Source of the DNA: Ginkgo biloba
Lineage: Eukaryota > Plantae > Ginkgophyta
Assembly: GCA_024626585.2 (NCBI GenBank)
Contig: JANKJI020000004.1
Location: forward strand, 177,789,387-177,807,780
Direction: 5' to 3'
DNA length: 18,394 nt
The notes beneath the pieces were generated by a model. That model saw nothing but the letters and a program-made list of their open reading frames with translations, did no database searches and had not been told where the DNA came from. Below, piece by piece: positions 1 to 12,257 of this stretch (position 1 is its first letter; each line of letters opens with the position of its first letter). The position numbers and the translations under genes are program-made.

Positions 1-99
1 GGTGTAACTTTGCATTATATATCATAGTCTTTTATTATAATTTGATGGATAACAAGTCAAATCCACTCCAGCATAATATTGCTTTAATGAATTAGTGGA

Positions 100-1560
100 T
101 GAAGCATGACATAAAGAATATAAAATATAAGAATCGCGCATTTGAGAAAGAACTCAAAGACAATAATATCCTAACTAAACCCATTGAGGAAGAGGAGGTG
201 AGCAAAGTATCATAAGAAGAATTGAAGGATATTATAGGTGGTAATTTTGATCACATGAGGCCTTAAAGGATGGGAAAGGACTATGCACAAAAAGAGGTAA
301 TAATTGAGGAAGAAGGAAACCTTAGAGTATTTTATGAATAACAATAAGACATTTCATCCAAGGAAGGCAAGGAGGAAATCATGTTGACCAAATAAGGAAA
401 GGAGGATATATTTGAGGGGGAATATTTGGAAGAAGAAGTTTTTGCCTTTCTTAAGTCTAATCTACAAGATTCATTGAAGAATCTTGATGAAGTCCTAAAT
501 AGCATATAGTAACCCCACATAGAATCTCTTATAAAAAATAAGAAACCTAAGTTCCCTATGTGGTAATCTGATGTTACTATGAAGAGGATAAAGTAGCCTT
601 GAGAAAATTTGAGGAAGAAGAGTAGGATTCAACGAGGGAGGAAGGCGATAATGATATGGAAGGATTTAACAAGAGGTAGTATACAAGGATTCTAAATATG
701 GATTTACATCCTGATGATGATTACCCTCCCTAGTATAATAACAAGTTAATAAGCACAATATTGGTTGGACTTCGATAGGTGATAGTTTCTGCAAATAGGC
801 TTTGACAAATTCTATCTTGAGAATTTAGAGAATGACTCCTCACTAGGGAAATAAGGGTTTATTTTAATAAATGTCATCAAGGATGGAGAGAAAAGTCACT
901 TGATCAAGTTGAAGAATATCTTGAGGGATGGCAATATTATATTCAAAAAATAAACTTGAGAGGTTTTAATGAGTTGGAAATATAAGAAATTGATTTATTT
1001 ACCCAACCCTTAGTGTAGAAGATCAGATGGGGTCCTTAACAACATCTATTATATAGAGAAATTGATTAGACCATAAAGGATCAAAGAATTACAAGAGGAA
1101 TTCTAATTCCTCCAAATAGAGTTGGAAGAAAAGAGAGGCAAGTCCAAATAAAGTACTCTTTGACTAAAAATGGATTAAGACAAAATGGGAGGTATGAGAA
1201 TGGTAGCAGAAAGAGGAGCTGGAGGAAATGAAGCTCCAGTTACAAAGGGAGTTCAAGGAAAGGATGGTAGAAAAAAAAATAGAGTGGAAGAGGCAATAAG
1301 AATGAATCCCAAAGGATTGTGAAAACCAACTTAGAGAAAAATTGAAGGAAAATCTACCAACAACTTCAGGGGTTTGAGAACAAGTTGGAAAGGGAGAATA
1401 AGAATAGAATAAATATAGCTTAAGACATCAACATCATGGTTAAGAAAGAAAAATAGTTGGAAAAGTAACTTGCAAATATTCATGGGTAAAACATCGAGTC
1501 CTCACAACCCATAGATATGGAGACTACCACAATTGATCCTATAGCAGTAGTGGCTACACC
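100..1560 (+). pseudogene. Degenerate Glu/Lys-rich, coiled-coil-like ORF remnant, probably an LTR-retrotransposon accessory ORF
   Basis: Strong GAA/GAG/AAG purine bias. Hand translation gives runs such as IEEEEVSKVS*EELKDII (~183-236) and IKELQEEF*FLQIELEEKRG (~1080-1139), broken by TAA/TAG and frameshifts. No recognisable domain; boundaries approximate. Confidence 0.45.
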
Positions 1561-1689
1561 CTCTATGCATTCATGGTCTATTTATTGAATTCTTATACTT
1601 TGGTCTTACTCTCTTATATGATATATTGATCTTAGATACATTATTTTCCCCTTATTAATTTTAATATCTTATTCTTGTTTATTATGTCC

Positions 1690-1940
1690 ATATCTCTCCT
1701 TCTTTGAGTGTCATTCATGTATACAAATTCAACATTTCACTTATTTATGTGGTCTCTTTAAGTAATTTGTGATTTTGGTAATAGTTATCCCTCTAACCTC
1801 AATGTCTTGATTAGGTCTGTAACTTATAAATTACATTCAAGATCCTCTACTTCTAATAAATCTACCATGAAAAAAAGTAGTTGTTCCAAGATCAAGGGTA
1901 CAAAGCTTTAATAATGATAAGTAGGATCATACATGTAATG
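1690..1940 (-). mobile_element. Possible gag C-terminal remnant with a degenerate zinc knuckle
   Basis: Minus strand gives LSLHV*SYLSLLKLCTLD (~1880-1940) and KC*ICIHE*HSKKER (~1693-1737). The latter has Cx2Cx4Hx4(C) spacing with the last Cys lost. Heavily decayed. Confidence 0.25.
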
Positions 1941-2206
1941 ATAATGGAAATGGAATCAATAATGATGAGGTACATTAGACCCTAAAGATAATTATTAATA
2001 GAGAGAATTATTTTTCCAATACCTCTCACATGATCATGTTATGAAAGAAGAAGATAACGTTATAACGAGAACACTTCAAGACTTTATACGATGACGATGT
2101 TATTAANNNNNNNNNNNNNNNNNNNNNNNNNNNNNNNNNNNNNNNNNNNNNNNNNNNNNNNNNNNNNNNNNNNNNNNNNNNNNNNNNNNNNNNNNNNNNN
2201 NNNNNN

Positions 2207-2373
2207 GAATCTATCCTACGAGTATGGGAAAGCAATTATACTCCAGAACAATTCAAAAATTTTTAATTAAATGGCAAGGTTTACCCTTGCAAGATGCTTA
2301 TTAGGAGTCTCAATTACATTTACAAAAATTTCCTCTCCTCCAACAACAATGCTTCACAGGCAAAGCATCTTAA
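2207..2373 (+). mobile_element. Chromodomain at the integrase C-terminus of a Ty3/gypsy chromovirus (pseudogenised)
   Basis: With one frameshift near 2230 it reads ESILRVWE/KQLYSRTIQKFLIKWQGLPLQDAY*ESQLHLQKFP. This fits the plant chromovirus pattern E.IL....(R.I..YL)IKW..LP..DATWE......FP. The conserved Trp is TAG at 2302-2304. Confidence 0.87.
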
Positions 2374-2385
2374 GAAGGAAGGGCA
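2372..2385 (+). promoter_or_regulatory. Polypurine tract (PPT) of the chromovirus
   Basis: AAGAAGGAAGGG (2372-2383) plus CA, directly after the chromodomain and directly before TGTAAC. Confidence 0.75.
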
Positions 2386-3422
2386 TGTAACATACCTAGG
2401 TAATATTATTATTTGGGTCATTAATGAAGATTCATCTTGAAAGGTTATAACCTATAGGAATATAGTCTATTTAATAATATCATGGTATTGTAGGAGATCA
2501 TTATTAGAACATTTGATCATAATCTAATATTTAATTCTTCAAATACATCTCTATTTTTAATTCCTTCCTAGAGTTAGCCACAATTTTTTCTCCATAAATA
2601 CTATAACATAATGAAGTCCATGCAAGGGATCATAAGATAAATGTATAGGAATAACCTATGGACTATATATTCACATAAATTGAGGGTCATAAATGAATAA
2701 ATAGCATACAATATGACATAAATATGAGCAAATATAATATAAATAATACATCAATAAGATGTTAAAAGTGTAATATGGAATGAAATCATTTAATAAGATT
2801 CCAAATGTATATAAGAATGCTAGGAATGTTTTAAATCAATGATGTACATCCAAACATATGATTTTGGGCAATAATAAGCCAACCTTATAACAAACGAAGG
2901 AGTTATGGTGATTAGAGCGTATGATACTCCTTGTATTGGTTTTGGTACTACATTATTTAAGCCTATGTTCCTAAATATATATCACATACTATCCATTAAT
3001 AAAAGTGGGAAAAAATTAAAAATTCAGCTTCTCACCTAAAGAGTATCTTACTCTGATATTAATTAATGTCTCATAGGATAGGTTCAAATATAATGAACAC
3101 AAGAAATCTATGCCAAAGTGATATAAATCTCTCTTAGCACTCAAATAGTTACTTAATATATCACTTTGTAATCCCTATAAGCATTGTATGTCTCTATAAC
3201 AGATGTACATCTTTATCTATTATGCTTTTGATTCTTTATTTTCTCAATTTTTGTGCACTATAGAAAAGGTGCAGTGCCTTGGCATGATAATTGCTTGCCT
3301 AAAATTAAACCCTTACCTTTTAAGGTTTCCCATGCATTCACTCGAATCAATTCTTTTCTAAGCTTCATGCATACGTACACTCACACAACCTATTAGTGGG
3401 TTATGGTAAATGAAGCCTAGTC
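2386..3422 (+). mobile_element. Start of the 3' LTR (TGTAACA...); right boundary not determined
   Basis: Canonical TG start immediately after the PPT, followed by AT-rich non-coding sequence. No second LTR or clear ...CA end is visible; the end coordinate is just the contig end. Confidence 0.45.
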
Positions 3423-3522
3423 NNNNNNNNNNNNNNNNNNNNNNNNNNNNNNNNNNNNNNNNNNNNNNNNNNNNNNNNNNNNNNNNNNNNNNNNNNNNNN
3501 NNNNNNNNNNNNNNNNNNNNNN

Positions 3523-4606
3523 AAAAAAATCTCCAACAAAAATATAAATTAGGAAGGATTAGTCAATGAAATTCAAACCAAAAATTGAATCTCTATCTAC
3601 TCAAGAATAAGATTTTTTTCATTACCATAAGATGTATTGGTTGTTGCAAATTATTCTATTAGAGTTAAATTTGGAATAGGTGCACTTGATAATATGGATG
3701 ACCAAAAAATAAAAGTATTCGTTCTGGAGCGTATTTAATACAAAATCAATTCCAATTAGCTCTCGATCATCCGGTAAATTCAATTCAAAGAATTATACGC
3801 AAAGCAACCAAGTGTAAATGTTTATAACTCCTAAGAATATGGTAACTTCAACTCTGCTAACAACCACTTTTCAAGTTTGTTTTGGTCTACACCCCTCATC
3901 TCAATTTTTGGATCAAATAATCCATTAATATAAGTAATTCATAGGAAAAAATTAAGTTATTTAGGTCATGGGGGATCAAAAAAGTGATATGTTAGTTTTT
4001 AGATATCGAATATTCATCCTAATAATTATGGGTGTATTTGTTGATTGACATGTCCAAAGGAATGAATGCTAGACTTATTGCATCATTAGTTATTCGTGCA
4101 AAGATTCATCATTCTAATTCTTTACAAAATCCATTCCATAAAATATTTGAGGGATCAAAAGAAGACAATATGGTTATCAATCACTGGAAAAAGACGAATA
4201 CCATTGAATAACTACAAGGAATTCTCTAACATTGAATCAAGTGATTTAGGAGGAACATGTTACTCCCCTCAATATTGACAAGAATATTTAGCTATTACAT
4301 GAGAACAAATTCAGTTTTAAATTTTTTTTCCTTTTCATTATTCTCCATTAGAGTTTTCCCTATTCCTTTTCTTGAATATAATTATGCAAATCGTGCTTCA
4401 ATGTGTTCTAATGTACAACGTTAAGGAATTCCACTTTAACCTAAGAATTGCATTATTGAAACTAGGTTAGAAGGTCAAGCAACTCCACATTCAAGAAGTG
4501 TAACTATAACCATACAAGAGGGAACAAGTCTACTAATGCAAAAAATCTAACTCTATTGTTTGATGGAGATACTGTAGGAATAGAATTAGTTATATATTAA
4601 TGTTTT
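3523..4606 (+). pseudogene. rpoB: Plastid RNA polymerase beta subunit fragment; nuclear plastid DNA insertion (NUPT) with many stops and frameshifts
   Basis: Piecewise translation: [166 protein letters not shown]. It is collinear over ~360 codons with plastid RpoB motifs (QQRCELGRIG, KFGMGTLDD, HPLSQ.LD.TNPL, RKLSYLGPGGL, DIHPSHYGRICPIDTSEG, IPF.EHNDANRALM.SNMQRQ). The left end is an assembly gap; similarity stops at ~4606. Confidence 0.96.
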
Positions 4607-5319
4607 GCTCGACTTTTATAACTTCCTTTAACATTTNNNNNNNNNNNNNNNNNNNNNNNNNNNNNNNNNNNNNNNNNNNNNNNNNNNNNNNNNNNNNNNN
4701 NNNNNNNNNNNNNNNNNNNNNNNNNNNNNNNNNNNNTAGAATTATAAGAAAAAATCTTATTATATTCTCCATATTTTTCACATGCAAAAGGGAAAATATA
4801 TAATTTTAAAAATAATTTTATTTTAATACGTATTTTTCACATTTTATATATTGAAAATACTTTCCAAATAGATATGTTCATATAAAATAATCCACTCCTT
4901 AAGCTATCCCCTAATTATCAAAGTCCATTATTATAACTCCTTTTGAATTGATAACTTATTCCAATGTAACTTTAACTTTAATTTTTATAACTTGTTGCAT
5001 CTTATATAAGAAACATTTCATCAATATGTCATTGGATTCTAAAACGTATTGTATGGAGACTTCTAATTACTCCATATTTTTACTTTATCATTCATGATGA
5101 TGATGGTCAAATTATTCAAAGTTATGCCTTTTCTCAAATTTGGTGTTAGTACTTGTTGTGCGTATTGGACATATTGTATTTTTTACAACTCTAATCAATG
5201 TTTACAGATTCCTTTGGAATTTTATAATTTCCACCAATGCGATTTTAGTCTTAGAGAAAAGCATATAACTTCAAGACTTCAAAGTGTAAAATGGCTATAC
5301 AATCACCCAAGCTATTGAT

Positions 5320-5406
5320 CCTAGACTTCACTAGGGGTGTTTGTCCCTAGGACCTTTCCATGGGGTGTTGCCCCTTGGACCCCATTGGTGATATTGGTCC
5401 TAGACC
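5320..5406. repeat. Degenerate ~26-27 bp tandem repeat (~3.3 units), a GC-rich island
   Basis: Units start at 5320 (cctagacttcactaggggtgtttgtc), 5346 (cctaggacctttccatggggtgttgcc), 5373 (ccttggaccccattggtgatattggt) and 5399 (cctagacc). Confidence 0.7.
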
Positions 5407-6833
5407 TAACAACCAACAATATATGAGCATAAGATGATCTAAAGAGAAAAAATAGGTTTGAGGACAAGTAACCATGCATACTATGAAGATGCTACCCAAA
5501 CAATAATATTTCAAAACTGCCAAAAACTTGATCTAATGTTAGATTGCATTACTATGATATGAATTATCAAGCGATTCATTATAACTGACTATCACACAAT
5601 AGTAGTAGCCACTTGGCAGTCTCAACCACATGGAACACCAATTCAAGTAATGATGACCCGATGCCATCCCATCACAAAGTAGCCACATAATGATAATCAA
5701 AACAACCCCCTACCACCCAATCATATCACACAATACATGACCTATAAAGAATAGTGTCAACATATGATCTAACCCCTAAATTGTGATTGCGTGATCCAAT
5801 AAAATACAAAGGTACTTATTGCACAATTTCACCATAAATTGTGTAGATTGCACTCCCATACTTATTCCAACAAAAGTACATAATCATCCTAAGATATTAG
5901 CTTCATATCATATCGATATTTCTTCGTTATTTACCTATTCTCTCACTATATTTCTTAATATATTAAAAGAGAAACATTTTGATAATGTGTCTCATGATAA
6001 TGATCCCCCTTGTATTCAATATCCATTTATATGAATTCAAATATTATTTCATTTCAACCAAAGCAACTCTTATTTTTGGGAGATGGTCATTTAGCGTTGC
6101 CCCATAATGAGCCTAACTTACAACCACCCTAAACTAAAAAGGTTAATATTGATGTCAATTGCCATTTCTATTAATATGCTCTAAAACATGGGAGAAGCAT
6201 GACAACATGCAACCAAAACACAATAACCAAAGGGCAAACAATTTAATATTCAAACCATAGTCCAACCATAAAAAACCTTAAAAATATATTTCATATCATG
6301 TTGACGCATGCTATATGTAATGGAAAAACCAAAAATTTTGACAACCCCACTTATGACTGTAAATTCAATGAAGGAAAGTTCATAATAGGCATTATAGAAT
6401 CTAGATACAAAAATGCCATCAACAACAACACCAAACTCTATGAGTGTGCTCATTTATTTCAATATTAACTCTCCAATGTGTGTGAGATTTAGNNNNNNNN
6501 NNNNNNNNNTACTTGAGCTATGGCAAAATGATATAATATGTTACAATACTCTCCAGTGACTTACTCAATCAAATTTTACAGTGTATTAAAAAGGTTTTCC
6601 TGTATGTATAAGCTATGACCACAAATCTAATACAAACTCCACTTAGACGAATGAAGGTTGTGAAAGAGAAGAGATTATGTGGAATTTGAAGGGCATGCAC
6701 GTTTTTCCAACAATTTGCATGCATTTACATGAATACACAAACTATTGCATGAAATTTATACAGTGGAACCATACAAGACCATTAGTAATCCAATGCTCAA
6801 CCTAACTTAATCCATCAAATCTTCATTATAAAT

Positions 6834-6907
6834 ATTGAACAAACAAAAGTTGCCTAATGCATTTACTTATGCATTGAACAAACAAAAATTTCCAATGCAT
6901 TTACCTA
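6834..6907. repeat. 39-bp-period tandem duplication (2 copies)
   Basis: attgaacaaacaaaagttgcctaatgcatttactta at 6834 versus attgaacaaacaaaaatttccaatgcatttaccta at 6873. Confidence 0.85.
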
Positions 6908-9481
6908 AAATTTAGAATAATTTATACATTGAATCCTCGTGTGGACTAACATCATGCCAACATATTAGCAAAAGCTTGGGAAGTTTTGCATTCATATTGT
7001 CCTGCTACATATTTGTAAGAAACCCTAATTTCCTCAAGTCAAGATGAATTACATATATAATGATGCAATTGGAGCCAAAAACAAGCACTCTTGTACAACC
7101 ATCTAAGGAGCTTGTGAACCTTCTTCAAATAATGAAAATTGAAGAATAAAAGAAAACTAACAAACAAACAACATGCTCTCTACCTTTTCCCTTTCTAAGA
7201 TAATATGTAGGTTCTACTAAGAATCTCCCAACTCACTATCACATTAAGAGTTTAAAACTTTGCTAAAAAAATGCCCATAGAGATATATACATAACACTGC
7301 AACCACCACATAAAAATAAGATCTCATTAAAACACTAAGACTTGCACAAATAATCTCTGACATCTCACAAAGTTAAAACAATGTTCAAGGCAAGAGAAAG
7401 AACTACGTTGAAATTTATGCAAAAGCAAACACATGTAAAATTTGAAGGCATCCATCTCCAATGAGCAATTGGCGCACACAAACAATCATGGCAAGCTCAC
7501 AATGTTTTAGTACAAAGACGTGCACACCTACAAGGACTCTTAAAACAATCAATCTCTCCATAATTTATTTAAGGCTCATGCCAATTTCCAAGTTTTTGAA
7601 TGATATGGCAACAATCACATATTACATGATACAAAAACATCAAAAAAAAATTGGCAAACAAATCAACATGTAGGCAGAATAGTGGACAATTGAGGGTTTG
7701 GCTGAGGGTTTGAAATATTTTAAAATTTTGAAATATTATTTTTTTCAAAGGTTATGATCTAATTTAACCAAATTAAATTTTTATTTGAANNNNNNNNNNN
7801 NNNNNNNNNNNNNNNNNNNNNNNNNNNNNNNNNNNNNNNNNNNNNNNNNNNNNNNNNNNNNNNNNNNNNNNNNNNNNNNNNNNNNNNNNNNNNNNNNNNN
7901 NNNNNNNNNNNNNNNNNNNNNNNNNNNNNNNNNNNNNNNNNNNNNNNNNNNNNNNNNNNNNNNNNNNNNNNNNNNNNNNNNNNNNNNNNNNNNNNNNNNN
8001 NNNNNNNNNNNNNNNNNNNNNNNNNNNNNNNNNNNNNNNNNNNNNNNNNNNNNNNNNNNNNNNNNNNNNNNNNNNNNNNNNNNNNNNNNNNNNNNNNNNN
8101 NNNNNNNNNNNNNNNNNNNNNNNNNNNNNNNNNNNNNNNNNNNNNNNNNNNNNNNNNNNNNNNNNNNNNNNNNNNNNNNNNNNNNNNNNNNNNNNNNNNN
8201 NNNNNNNNNNNNNNNNNNNNNNNNNNNNNNNNNNNNNNNNNNNNNNNNNATATGTTAATCTCCAACCCTTTTTATTGATTGTTCTAAGATTGTTAAGTTA
8301 ATCTTACATGCTTGCACTTCAAACCATTTGATTTCATCACATGCCCAACTCCTATCACGAGTTCTTTAATTCACCTCAAACTATATGAATTTATTAGGAT
8401 ATATACAGACTTCATTTACATTTCATAGCATATCTGCAATCCTTGACTACAATCTCGACACATTGTTAAAACCCCTTAATATGAAAGGACAGTTGATTAG
8501 CATGAATAGTACAACAAAGTTTTATAATTATGAAAAGATAGATCAAAGGGATGTAATCTTACAAGTTTTTAAGGTGAACTTGCACTCTGTGTTATATTGA
8601 AAAATGCATGATTTTCAATAATTAAAAAAAAAATCCTCTTGGAATTTAATCATGTGAAAGATGGGGAGTTTTCCAAATTTTATAAAACACTAAAAACCAC
8701 TATATTCAACATTGTATGAGGAAAGTAATCCCTATGGCTGGAGAGGGGGTCGACTTCCAACCTAAAAGGGCATAAACCTGCAAGAAGACTAAAGCCATCA
8801 CCAATTTCAAGTAGCTTACCACTAGGCCATAGAATTTTATTCTTGTAAAAATAATGAGAACCGCCATTACACAAAAAATTGCAAGGTGCTATAGTGCTGC
8901 AAACTCAGTGTGCGTGTAAATTGTTCATGACAGGTCCAAATAAAGTGAAATTTTGAGAGATATGGTACCTCCCAAGTCCAAACTGTGATCTATGTTTCGN
9001 NNNNNNNNNNNNNNNNNNNNNNNNNNNNNNNNNNNNNNNNNNNNNNNNNNNNNNNNNNNNNNNNNNNNNNNNNNNNNNNNNNNNNNNNNNNNNNNNNNNN
9101 NNNNNNTTTGTACAAGAATCCAAAATTGATTGTACATAGCAATAACATCTAAACTGAGATTCATATTCTTCAATAAATGTAACATTTTCTGACTTCTTAA
9201 TATGCATTCTTTATTTTAGACCCTCTCAACAGAATCTTCTATGGACTTAATTCTTGTCAATACTAGATTGATAAAACAAAACATAAATGCTTCCTCGGGG
9301 ACTTGTGCCTGTAAGCAATGGAAAGAGTACAGTGAGGAGGGTTTGTCCCCATTCTTGTTGATACTCCATCATGACAACCAACAATAATAATGCATAACAT
9401 GGCAATCGACTACTACTTGAACTTGCTACCTTTGCACAACCAATACAATTTGTGTAGTGTGCCCAGCATTAGTCGCTATAC

Positions 9482-9959
9482 CTTATATGAGAGAGTGAAA
9501 AAAATGACTACAAAGCCTGTCACAAAAGCAAAAGTTGAAACAGGGAAAGGGGGGAACATGTTGCATCAAAAATCCAAGATTCATATTGATCCTGCTCAAA
9601 GTAAAGTGGCTCAATCCAAAAACGCAGCCAAAGTATAGGCATTGAAAACTCTGGTGTGGAGGCATAGAGGTGCCCCAACAATGAACATAATAATTTCACC
9701 ATGTGAAGGCATGTATGAGCACCACTTACAATGTTTCCTTGTCTTTAAATGATAACGCATGGATCAGGTAGTCATCGAGCAGTGTCTATAGATCTTAGAC
9801 TGAGCATTTTAATTAGTACCAAAAATAGGATTTGTAATCCAAAAACTAGGTTGCGACCATTTGCATTTTGCCTGCCATGCCTAGCAATCACATTCTATGA
9901 AAATATTTTATACAATCAACCTTTTCATTCACAGAGAAGAGCAAGGATCTCTTAATCTC
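9482..9959 (-). other. Candidate short spliced exons (9921-9959, 9730-9785, 9482-9516) of an unidentified transcript
   Basis: AG...GT-bounded segments on the minus strand: ttctag|GAG..AAG|gttgat; ctatag|ACA..ATT|gtaagt; ttttgcttttgtgacag|GCT..AAG|gtatag. No recognised protein; may be chance. Confidence 0.22.
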
Positions 9960-12257
9960 CTAGAAGACGGTCCAATATTTCTCAAGCATTGGCATCACAC
10001 AAAAGCTGTTCACAATCTACCATTTTCAGAAATACTAATACAGTAATACTCTAGTCTTACTGAGAGAGTTAATGTAAAAATTGAAAATATATTCATTCAC
10101 TTATGAATTATCTTCATATAATCATAATCAAATCCATCTTGATGATTAATTGAAAACTACTTTTTCCATAGAATGGGGATCATATGAAGACATAGTAATA
10201 CCATTTAGGTTGAAAAATATAACAATTATATTTTGAAGAATAATTACAATAGTATTTAGATATTTCATCCATAAAAATCTTATAGAAATTTATTTGGATG
10301 ATTGGTCCATATTTGGGTTCATAAGGGAGCATATTGATCATGTGANNNNNNNNNNNNNNNNNNNNNNNNNNNNNNNNNNNNNNNNNNNNNNNNNNNNNNN
10401 NNNNNNNNNNNNNNNNNNNNNNNNNNNNNNNNNNNNNNNNNNNNNNNNNNNNNNNNNNNNNNNNNNNNNNNNNNNNNNNNNNNNNNNNNNNNNNNNNNNN
10501 NNNNNNNNNNNNNNNNNNNNNNNNNNNNNNNNNNNNNNNNNNNNNNNNNNNNNNNNNNNNNNNNNNNNNNNNNNNNNNNNNNNNNNNNNNNNNNNNNNNN
10601 NNNNNNNNNNNNNNNNNNNNNNNNNNNNNNNNNNNNNNNNNNNNNNNNNNNNNNNNNNNNNNNNNNNNNNNNNNNNNNNNNNNNNNNNNNNNNNNNNNNN
10701 NNNNNNNNNNNNNNNNNNNNNNNNNNNNNNNNNNNNNNNNNNNNNNNNNNNNNNNNNNNNNNNNNNNNNNNNNNNNNNNNNNNNNNNNNNNNNNNNNNNN
10801 NNNNNNNNNNNNNNNNNNNNNNNNNNNNNNNNNNNNNNNNNNNNNNNNNNNNNNNNNNNNNNNNNNNNNNNNNNNNNNNNNNNNNNNNNNNNNNNNNNNN
10901 NNNNNNNNNNNNNNNNNNNNNNNNNNNNNNNNNNNNNNNNNNNNNNNNNNNNNNNNNNNNNNNNNNNNNNNNNNNNNNNNNNNNNNNNNNNNNNNNNNNN
11001 NNNNNNNNNNNNNNNNNNNNNNNNNNNNNNNNNNNNNNNNNNNNNNNNNNNNNNNNNNNNNNNNNNNNNNNNNNNNNNNNNNNNNNNNNNNNNNNNNNNN
11101 NNNNNNNNNNNNNNNNNNNNNNNNNNNNNNNNNNNNNNNNNNNNNNNNNNNNNNNNNNNNNNNNNNNNNNNNNNNNNNNNNNNNNNNNNNNNNNNNNNNN
11201 NNNNNGCAAACAACAGCAGCTTTCCGAGTTGACAGAAATAAATTAAAATGCATGAAATAGCCAGAAATCTGTGGTTTTTCTTCCAGAATGATTACACCAC
11301 ATTCCTATGTTGTCCAAAGCTTTGGTTGGCTGCAGAAAACACTCTTGAAGTGAGCAATCTTGCTTCAAGGAGTAAACGTGAGCATGAACATGTACAAAAA
11401 GCTTCCATAGTCATGCTCTAAGTTGAAGACACCCAACTTCAACATCACACAGAAAATCTATTTACACTGATAGTGAGTTTTCTACCTAGCTAAAATGTGC
11501 CAAAGTGAATAAATAAGAGAGAATAAAGATGCCTTCTAGGAAGAAGGATTATAATGCTTAGGTTTCCTCTCAGAACCCTAGCAATACTCATATGTGCCAA
11601 AATAACAAACTGCCACATAAGAATTAGACTTATCTTGTAGATTGCTCTATGCTTCGTAAGAACCCTCATGGCCCTTAGTTAACTCTCTCTATCACAATTT
11701 TGCCTTCAGAGTTCACAACTAAAGGGAAACTTGTTCCTTTTACAATTTCTTAGATAAGATTCCCTTACTTTTTCTGGGCTGTAACATATGACTTGGCCTT
11801 GAATGCCCAAAATGCAATTTGCTCCATGAAAAGTTAATATTAGCTTTTCCTTATATTGTCTACGATGCCAATAGTCTATGGGTGAGGAAAAGTGTTGCAC
11901 TTCTATGTGCTTTCAAGGCAAGGAAATGTCTTCCATTAGAAATAGATAAGGAAACAGATTATGGAGACATGGAAAACATTGTTTTATTACACAGATTACA
12001 TATTATAACATGTACTTGAATCATATCACAACACTCTTCACCCAGTAAGGAAAAACACAATTCAAAAAGCCACAAAAAAATTGTGACTGGTCATTTCAGC
12101 TGGTTATTGAAAGTTTCAGACCTTCCCTACCTTTCTCATCACAGCATTTTAGCTTATTATTTCAACCTAAAAATCATTTATCCTAATTTTGACCTATAAA
12201 CATGTTGAGATGAAATGACACTCGGATCAAAATAGATTTATCATACCTTTACAAGAA

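Noticed and set aside
4096-4278. 60-aa ORF inside the rpoB remnant
   Set aside because: Mostly out-of-frame reading of the pseudogene; not an independent gene.
6537-6545. TATGTTACA as the inverted end of the LTR starting at 2386
   Set aside because: A 9-bp AT-rich match 4 kb away, across three gaps and the NUPT; chance level.
5320-6907. Short repeats as a CRISPR-like array
   Set aside because: Only 2-3 degenerate tandem units, no spacers, no cas genes, eukaryotic context.
5094-8600. Short ORFs 5094-5318, 5819-6034, 6250-6453, 7461-7673, 8385-8600
   Set aside because: AT-rich, no recognisable motifs, lengths expected by chance.
7759-11253. Long ORFs in the track made mostly of X (also 2026-2235, 4590-4803, 14850-15559)
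   Set aside because: Artefacts of translating through N gaps.
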